Below, piece by piece: positions 57,618 to 64,000 of a DNA stretch of 64,000 bases. Both the position numbers and the translations under genes were made by a program. Under the pieces are notes generated by a model. It was given only the letters and a program-made list of their open reading frames with translations, did no database searches and was not told the DNA's origin. How positions within the stretch are numbered: the first letter of the stretch is position 1; every line of letters begins with the position of its first letter. The stretch is taken from NCBI GenBank assembly GCA_963765585.1, contig CAVXXB010000008.1:271532-335531 (forward strand), read 5' to 3'. The DNA comes from Calditrichia bacterium (GTDB lineage: Bacteria > Calditrichota > Calditrichia > JAJRVZ01).

Positions 57618-58907
57618 TTAGCGAACTACGATAAATTTCTGATATGAAAGTTCCCCATTGGGTTTTTCAAAGACCACTATATATACACCGGAGCTGATAA
57701 CCTGCTGATTCATGGTTACCATATCCCAAAATACATAACCCGAACTGACCGGACTGTCGTGGTCAATGGTCTGCACCAGGTCACCATTTTCAGTAAATAT
57801 CTTGATCATGACTTTCCCAGGCAGATTAAAAAACTGTATACCTCGATAATCTGTCCATCCCTGTTCAGAAAGGAGAGGATCATTAATATTATACGGATTG
57901 GGCACAATTCGTATCTCGGACAGGTTTTCCTGTGAAAACCGGGGCGGATTGATCCATGAAATATTGGGATGCATTACCCGGCTGCTGTAAATAATCTTTC
58001 CGCGTGACAATGGATCAGCATTGAGATCATCTTCTGCTATTAGGGCTTTGGACTGTATATAATAATAGTATTGCGCCCCGACCAGCACTTCTATATCTTC
58101 ATATAAATGCTCTTCTGCCTTATCTTGCGGCCCGGAGGAATAAATTGTTTCGTAAAAAACTGTATCAAGATTAGATATTCTGCGCTGGATACGGTAACCG
58201 GCAAAATTGGTCATGGCCTCGGCTTCCGGATCACTCCATTTGATCTCTACCCCGGTTCCAAGACCGGTAATCTCTATATTTGTCGGAGGTGAAGGTGCAC
58301 GCGGGATCTTATACCCGTGATCAAAATTCCATTTGGCTCGCCAGGCACTTTTCATTAGGGAGTCAACACCGGTACTGATCCAACGGTCTTTGATTTTATC
58401 CGATTCGGTTGCATCGAGCGGATAAACAAACTCAGCCGGAAAATAGCCGGTTTCACTGTCGGGTAATCCGGGTGGGTCTTCAAGTGTGCCTCTGAGCCAT
58501 TTTTCGCCTATCAACTTCGCTTTTTGTGCACTGAGGCCGGAAAAACCGCTGGCATATGCCACACGAACTTTTTGCCCGGGTGCAAAAGTGTAAGGACCAA
58601 AGCTGCTCCACATTTTGGAATTATTGGAAGATTTAGTCCCCGCCGGATGAGCAGAATAATCGGCACTACCGACCTCATCAGTATTACCTGCGTGATATGT
58701 TCCGGGCCAGGTGTTTCCACTCATTGGGAATAATTTGGCGTACTCTCCGCGAATAGCCCAAAAATTGTTGTCGCCGTATTCATCCCCTTCACTGTTATAC
58801 GGGATAAGATTGCTTTTTCCGAAATAGGTGACCTTTGGGTTGTAAAAAATCATCCACGTCATTGACTGCATCCACATAGGGGGCCTGGGAAGCATGAAGA
58901 ATCGCAT
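57618..58907 (-). CDS. C-terminal part of the second ~760-aa FN3/CTD protein (frameshift-split near 58833)
   Basis: FGPYTFAPGQKV, FN3-like PSPPTNIEITGLGTGVEIKWS...YYYYIQS, CTD IVPNPY...VMIKIFTENGDLVQTI...SGVYIVVF...KFIVVR. Confidence 0.62.
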   Translation of the reverse strand: MRFFMLPRPPMWMQSMTWMIFYNPKVTYFGKSNLIPYNSEGDEYGDNNFWAIRGEYAKLFPMSGNTWPGTYHAGNTDEVGSADYSAHPAGTKSSNNSKMWSSFGPYTFAPGQKVRVAYASGFSGLSAQKAKLIGEKWLRGTLEDPPGLPDSETGYFPAEFVYPLDATESDKIKDRWISTGVDSLMKSAWRAKWNFDHGYKIPRAPSPPTNIEITGLGTGVEIKWSDPEAEAMTNFAGYRIQRRISNLDTVFYETIYSSGPQDKAEEHLYEDIEVLVGAQYYYYIQSKALIAEDDLNADPLSRGKIIYSSRVMHPNISWINPPRFSQENLSEIRIVPNPYNINDPLLSEQGWTDYRGIQFFNLPGKVMIKIFTENGDLVQTIDHDSPVSSGYVFWDMVTMNQQVISSGVYIVVFEKPNGELSYQKFIVVR

Positions 58908-59790
58908 ACCAGATAAAATTCTGATTGATCAGCCGCCCACCCTGGGTGACCACTGGTGATCCCATATTATCGCCTGGAACATCCGGGTTATCGGCGCTGT
59001 ACTCATAAAAGACACGCATGGTATCACCGACACGACCGCCATAATAGTGCTGCCAGGTCGCCGCGAAATCCGGCCTTTCAGCCGAGGCAGGCACAGGATT
59101 GTTGCCCAGGGATCGATATGTGTTCTGGCCATTTGATTCTACATTAATATAAAAATCGTACAGCGTATCAGCACTTACATTCTCAAATTCAACATCAACA
59201 ATGATATAATCGTTATTCAGACTCTGCGACCATGACATAATCCGGCGATTCACCTGAACACCCAGGATATTCTCAGCGGTGACTTCAACAATCTGATCAT
59301 ATGTCTCATCACCAAACTGGTCCGGATCGTATGTGCCAAAATCATCCAGCTCTACCGGTTTAAAATCGATAATCTGAGTTGGAAATTTGTAGCGGATAAA
59401 ATTAGTCATGGGTACTACTACTTTTCCCTGGGGCATGAAATCATTGGTAGGTCCAAATACGGCTGCTAAATGAAGCGTATCGATAGGATCGACCCAGTTT
59501 GTAGCGGTCAGTTTGAACCCTGCTCCCACCCAGGCATCCTGTTGTTGTCCCCGGACACCAATAATATCATAATCATTGGGGAAAAATCCGGCACGGTAAT
59601 CAAAACTGCTTTTTGCCCCATTGGCTGTGACACCGGCCCAGACGCGTCCCATTTTCATCAGGGCTTTTTCCAACTCGGGCTGGGTTTGACTAAAGACGGT
59701 TTGTGTAGATATAATCAGAATCAGAATTGTCAAAATGCAGATCAAGCTATTTCTTGAAATGTTATGTCGTAATTTCATCCATTTCTCCAT
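58795..59790 (-). CDS. N-terminal part of the second ~760-aa FN3/CTD protein
   Basis: Signal peptide. YDPDQFGDETYDQIVEVTAENILGVQVNRRIMSWS aligns with the 761-aa paralogue. Joins the next ORF as ...DDFLQPK|VTYFGK. Confidence 0.62.
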   Translation of the reverse strand: MEKWMKLRHNISRNSLICILTILILIISTQTVFSQTQPELEKALMKMGRVWAGVTANGAKSSFDYRAGFFPNDYDIIGVRGQQQDAWVGAGFKLTATNWVDPIDTLHLAAVFGPTNDFMPQGKVVVPMTNFIRYKFPTQIIDFKPVELDDFGTYDPDQFGDETYDQIVEVTAENILGVQVNRRIMSWSQSLNNDYIIVDVEFENVSADTLYDFYINVESNGQNTYRSLGNNPVPASAERPDFAATWQHYYGGRVGDTMRVFYEYSADNPDVPGDNMGSPVVTQGGRLINQNFIWYAILHASQAPYVDAVNDVDDFLQPKGHLFRKKQSYPV

Positions 59791-59815
59791 ATTTATCGTG
59801 ACAACACGGTCCTGA

Positions 59816-62800
59816 TTAAAAATTTAAACGCAAACCAAGCCAGATATTACGCGGTTCGCCAAATGCCCAGAAGGGAAAATTAGGATCGTTAATATACGGT
59901 TTTTCAGCCGATCTCATATCACCGACCTCATCATCACCGGGAATATACCAGCCTTCACTTTGATTGACTTCACGTAATACATCAAATTCTGGCGAATCAT
60001 ACATTGATAATCTGAGTGAAGCAAGATAATCTCGCTCATCGGTGGTATTATCATCAAATGCATACCCCCTATGCAACTGGCTGACTTTCAGATTAAGCAC
60101 ATTGCTGATATCTACATAAAATGTAGAATTGACCCCAAGCACTTCAAATGTTTTTGCCACCTTCAGATCGAGCATGTAATAATCCGGCCAGTTCATATTG
60201 TTCTCGAGAAATTTTTCATTGAGCGGATTCCACGTAAAATATCGCCCTTTTTGCCATTCGCCAAAGAAGGTGAAGGTCCAGCTGCCAAACAGATCCATAC
60301 CCAGCACATCCGGGCCCCAGTCTTTTGGTGAACGCAATGTGACATTGAGATTCAATTCAGGTCTGGGTAACGAGCGTGACATCTGGCCATTATACAAACC
60401 TTCGCGGTCATCGTTAATTGTAATATCCGTAATCACTTCTCTGCCGGTAAGACCAGATTTTAGCAACATATAATTGAAGTTAAGCCAGCCGGTGATCCAG
60501 CTGTTATCATTTTTAGCCAGATTGACTTCAATTCCACGGATATCTTCGTACTCATTATTCGCCCAGGCATCATAATCCAAAGTTCCTTGCGAATTCTGAA
60601 AATTTACCTCACCATGCTGACCGCTGACATCCTTCAGATATCCCGATACACGCAGCACATAGGAGTCATAAAAATTATATGCCATACCCAATTCATATGA
60701 AATGGTCCGTGGCGGTTCGAGATTGGGATTGGACATATCATACAGGCCGTTTTTATCGTAGCGGTAGCGGTAAAGGTACATAGTGTAATAGGGAGGATTA
60801 GACCGAAAATGGCCATAATTGAAGTAGAACTTGGATGTCTCGGTCACGGGAAATGCGATACCGATTCTGGGGCTGAATGTAAAATGATTTTTTATTGGCT
60901 GAAGGAAGCCTGGATGTTCCTTGTCATAGGCAACCCAAGTATCCCAAATATAGGATTTACCCTGCTCTAAGTAATTGAATAGAATGGTATCATTCGCCAC
61001 AGACTGTGGCACAAATACTTCATCGGCAAAAGGATCACCGGTTGGCCAGACGTCACCACCACCATAATAATAATCAACGCGTAATCCGAGATTGGCCACG
61101 ATCGATTCAAAACTGATTTGATCCTGCAAATAAATACCGGTCTGACTCGGCGTGCGATGATAATTAAATTCATAGACGTTATAATAGTTTTCGTTCCACT
61201 TTTCCCAGAATTTATGGTTGATATCAAAATAATTGTATTCGATGCCGGCTTTGATATAGTGATGGCGTCCCCACTGTGTTGTAATGTCTGCCTTGGCCCG
61301 ATACTGACCCACCTTTGTATTGTCGTAAAGGTCGCCCTCTTTTCTTCTGAATCGTCTGGGAACGCCAGGCAAGGCATCATAACTGGGATAACGGTAATAT
61401 GTACTGTCATCCTTGTTAAGAAGATCATTTGAGCCGTATTGCAGCTTACCATAAGGCATTTCGGAAACCGGAAAAGGGCCAAAATAAGTCAAAACACTCT
61501 GATCCCGGTTATTGCCCACATTGGTGCTGTTTTCCGTCGTCATAACGCTCAGGCTTAATTCCCAGAAGGTCTGCTCTGACAATATTTGGTTCAAACTGAC
61601 ACCTAACATTAGCGATGTCTGATTCAGTTCGGGAAAAAATGGTGCATCATACCAGTATTCAGGATTATTGGCCACATATTTAATATTGTTCATGGGCATA
61701 AAACCGCCTTCCCGGCTGGCATCGGGGAAATCACCCCAGGCCGGACGTATTGGACTCATACCCATTTGTCTTTTTATTAATCCGTTCAGCGAAATGGAAA
61801 GGTTATTTGTTGGTTGTGTCTTTATGGTACCGAAAGTCGTATAAAGTTCTTCGCTACTACGGGTAACCGGCATGATATAATGCCTTTCGCGCGCATTGTG
61901 GGAAATATAAAAAGTGGCATCGCCCAGTTCCCTGCTGAAAAAAGGGATCGGTCCACCAAATCCAGCATCCACATTCCAGTCGGAGGCATCTTCTTCCATC
62001 CTATGATCGGCAAACAGTTGTTTTTGCTCATCACTTACAGTGTATCCCTGTTTGGCGAGAGCATCATAATCCGGTTCGGCCATATGCATCCAGTGGGCCA
62101 GGAGCAGATAATCAAGGGGAGTCGCGTGCTCTTCCGGTGGTTTACTGATATTATAGTTTTCGGCCCAGTAGTTCCAGCCATCAAAAGTCGGATATTGTCC
62201 GCGCGCATATTTATCATCTTTCCAGGCTTCTTCCGTACCAATAAAAGCAACTGCCGGATCCAGATAGGACCTAAGTGCATGGTTATATGGATCATAAAAT
62301 GAATCACCAAATCGTCTTATATGCGGCAGATCCATGGAAAGGCTTAATGTGCCATGATATTGGGTTTTATGCCCGCTTTTTGTGGTCACATTGATCAACC
62401 CCGAGCGGAAGTTGCCATATTCCGCGTTATATCCGCCGGACATCAGAGAAACCTGTTCAATCGCGCTAAGGGGAATACTGCTTTCAGCATAACCGGCCGC
62501 GGCATTATTATAAGAAAGGCCATTAACCATCATACCGGTCTGGTCAGCAGAACCACCTCGGATGGACAGGTATCCATTGTCTTCTGAGACGCCGGGCAAT
62601 CGGGTTAAAAAGGCGTTGATCTCACGGATACCGGTCGCATCATTCAATTGCACTTCATCCACTACCATTTGCGTATTGGATACTTCTTTGTGCAGTTCAT
62701 CACGCGTGGCAATCACGACAATTTCTTCGCCCTCTATGACCTGAGTGGAGAGTAAAAAGTCAACCTTGGCCACGCGATCCATAGAAACCCGGACATCTTT

Positions 62801-63079
62801 CATAACCAGCGTCTGATAGCCGATCATCGACGCTTCCAGATCATAGGTACCTACCGGTACATTTACAATTAAAAATACGCCATCCTGATCCGTAGCCGCA
62901 CCAAGCAGGGTTTCCTTAATTATGACATTGGCTCCGATCACTGGTTCCCCCGTATCGGCATCGATAATAGAACCGGCAATTCGACTGCGGGTCTCTGCCT
63001 GGGATCGTGAGGGAATAAATATAAACGTAAATGTAATCAGCAGGAAACTAATGATAAAATAAAGAGATCGGTGATACAT
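59816..63079 (-). CDS. TonB-dependent receptor with carboxypeptidase-regulatory-like domain (second copy)
   Basis: RIAGSIIDADTGEPVIGANVIIKE, plug EEIVVIATRDE...SIRGG, terminal ...GLRLNF. Confidence 0.9.
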   Translation of the reverse strand: MYHRSLYFIISFLLITFTFIFIPSRSQAETRSRIAGSIIDADTGEPVIGANVIIKETLLGAATDQDGVFLIVNVPVGTYDLEASMIGYQTLVMKDVRVSMDRVAKVDFLLSTQVIEGEEIVVIATRDELHKEVSNTQMVVDEVQLNDATGIREINAFLTRLPGVSEDNGYLSIRGGSADQTGMMVNGLSYNNAAAGYAESSIPLSAIEQVSLMSGGYNAEYGNFRSGLINVTTKSGHKTQYHGTLSLSMDLPHIRRFGDSFYDPYNHALRSYLDPAVAFIGTEEAWKDDKYARGQYPTFDGWNYWAENYNISKPPEEHATPLDYLLLAHWMHMAEPDYDALAKQGYTVSDEQKQLFADHRMEEDASDWNVDAGFGGPIPFFSRELGDATFYISHNARERHYIMPVTRSSEELYTTFGTIKTQPTNNLSISLNGLIKRQMGMSPIRPAWGDFPDASREGGFMPMNNIKYVANNPEYWYDAPFFPELNQTSLMLGVSLNQILSEQTFWELSLSVMTTENSTNVGNNRDQSVLTYFGPFPVSEMPYGKLQYGSNDLLNKDDSTYYRYPSYDALPGVPRRFRRKEGDLYDNTKVGQYRAKADITTQWGRHHYIKAGIEYNYFDINHKFWEKWNENYYNVYEFNYHRTPSQTGIYLQDQISFESIVANLGLRVDYYYGGGDVWPTGDPFADEVFVPQSVANDTILFNYLEQGKSYIWDTWVAYDKEHPGFLQPIKNHFTFSPRIGIAFPVTETSKFYFNYGHFRSNPPYYTMYLYRYRYDKNGLYDMSNPNLEPPRTISYELGMAYNFYDSYVLRVSGYLKDVSGQHGEVNFQNSQGTLDYDAWANNEYEDIRGIEVNLAKNDNSWITGWLNFNYMLLKSGLTGREVITDITINDDREGLYNGQMSRSLPRPELNLNVTLRSPKDWGPDVLGMDLFGSWTFTFFGEWQKGRYFTWNPLNEKFLENNMNWPDYYMLDLKVAKTFEVLGVNSTFYVDISNVLNLKVSQLHRGYAFDDNTTDERDYLASLRLSMYDSPEFDVLREVNQSEGWYIPGDDEVGDMRSAEKPYINDPNFPFWAFGEPRNIWLGLRLNF

Positions 63080-63310
63080 CCATACACCTCGGTTATTTTA
63101 TTTAATCAAAGATCAAAAAACAATTAAAAATGTCGCAGAACATATTTGCAATTCTGAACGGAGTGAAGAATCCCCTGAGCAGTGTATAGAAGATCCTTCG
63201 TCCCGATATAAAGCATCGGGACTCAGGATGACACCATGTGATTAATATTGATTGGTACACTGCCTCATTAATCAAAATTTAGGGTGCTCAGTGTTCTCTG
63301 TGGTCTATTT

Positions 63311-64000
63311 TTACTTGATCAACATCATTTTACGGGTTAGCGACTGACCTTCGGACTGCAACCGGTAAAAATAAACGCCGGCATTTAGATTTTCCGCATC
63401 GAAAGAAATGCTATGCGATCCGGCCGCAAGAGTTTTATTAACCAGAACCGTTACCTCACGACCAAGTATATCGAATACTGTTATGGTCGTATGCCCTGTT
63501 TTTTCCAGCATAAAAGTGATTTTTGTAGATGGATTAAAGGGATTTGGGTAATTTTGATCAAGGGCAAACGTTCCGGGAAGCATTTCCGGCGCACTACCGA
63601 TTGCAGTGGAGTTTTCTGCCCAGCGCGGATCACCTATTGCTCCGCCCATTGTATCAAAACTCAACAGCATAGAACCAGTTGGCAAAGTAAAATCACTGTT
63701 GTCTGCATCAGCAAATTCCGGATCCATACGCACCGTATCAGCAACTGTATGGCTTCTGAAATTGATCGCACCAATATCCCAGAATGCAATATTGGTAATC
63801 GTTGCCAGAGAATCGCCCAGTGTATCCTTTATGTTGATCATAGTGCGCGTTGTTCCCGGTTGTTTTACAAAAATCGAATTGGTTACTGTGAAAGGATTTT
63901 TAAATAGTGCCGGTTCTTTTTCAACCTGGATTATTTCGCGGCTATCCAGCGTAACCAATATTATACCAGGTCGTATGATCGTACAATTACGGTTGGATAA
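63311..64000 (-). CDS. C-terminal part of another T9SS-secreted protein (5' end outside the window)
   Basis: Frame is open to position 64000. DPEFADADNSDFTL...GDPRW like the other beta-helix modules. NYPNPFNPSTKITF...MMLIK. Confidence 0.7.
   Translation of the reverse strand, partial: LSNRNCTIIRPGIILVTLDSREIIQVEKEPALFKNPFTVTNSIFVKQPGTTRTMINIKDTLGDSLATITNIAFWDIGAINFRSHTVADTVRMDPEFADADNSDFTLPTGSMLLSFDTMGGAIGDPRWAENSTAIGSAPEMLPGTFALDQNYPNPFNPSTKITFMLEKTGHTTITVFDILGREVTVLVNKTLAAGSHSISFDAENLNAGVYFYRLQSEGQSLTRKMMLIK

Noticed and set aside
26881-59790. Programmed +1 ribosomal frameshifting as the explanation for the eight same-direction frame breaks
   Set aside because: The eight junctions share no slippery or stall motif that I can see (CGC-A-CTC, ACA-T-GCT, GAT-C-GGT, GGC-G-TCA, AAT-C-GTC, GA-A-TTA, GTC-T-GTT, AAA-G-GTC). 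They also occur in unrelated protein families. Indel error or recent mutation is simpler.
18140-63310. Possibility that the recurring short repeats form a CRISPR array
   Set aside because: There is no run of identical 25-40 nt repeats at regular spacing with unique spacers. Copies are single or paired, belong to several unrelated families, and are separated by whole genes. No cas genes are present.

Overview
The window looks like part of a low-GC genome from the Fibrobacteres-Chlorobi-Bacteroidetes (FCB) superphylum that uses type IX secretion (T9SS). At least seven proteins end in NYPNPFNP...K-type C-terminal sorting domains (CTDs). No SusD, transposase, integrase, rRNA, tRNA or CRISPR was recognised. 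All genes I accept between 3.8 kb and the window end lie on the minus strand.

Positions 1-25 kb are mostly housekeeping:
- leuS (partial), csrA, an acyl-CoA carboxylase beta subunit plus enoyl-CoA hydratase, cutA, pdxST, a serA-like dehydrogenase, engB, trxA, rlpA, a Sir2 deacylase, an orphan MalK-type ATPase and galU.
- Less ordinary items: a fused VTE5-like/VTE6-like prenol kinase, a yqeB/yqeC-like selenium-dependent molybdenum-hydroxylase maturation pair, a VapBC-like toxin-antitoxin pair, and a plant-type glucuronokinase-like kinase next to galU.

Positions 25-64 kb form one large co-directional polyuronate (most likely alginate) utilisation locus:
- Lyases: PL5-like, PL6, PL17 and heparinase II/III-like, plus several secreted beta-helix proteins of unassigned family.
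- Downstream metabolism and control: KdgF, a short-chain dehydrogenase (SDR) that is a probable reductase for the alginate-derived keto-uronate DEH, KdgK, Eda, a hexuronate-type MFS transporter and a GntR regulator.
- Two paralogous cassettes of TonB-dependent receptor + ~760-aa FN3/CTD protein of unknown function + PorV/PorQ-like beta-barrel. I consider this the best candidate for an undescribed SusD-independent glycan capture/import module.

Other notable structure:
- Eight same-direction (+1) frame disruptions split six genes, all inside this locus.
- One 984-bp in-gene tandem duplication shows almost purely silent divergence between copies.
- The PL6 gene is bracketed by ~115-bp inverted repeats whose tips match the ends of small MITE-like elements (miniature inverted-repeat elements).
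- The intergenic spacers are a mosaic of at least eight short hairpin/'word' repeat families.

All family assignments come from reading motifs by eye. No database search was run.
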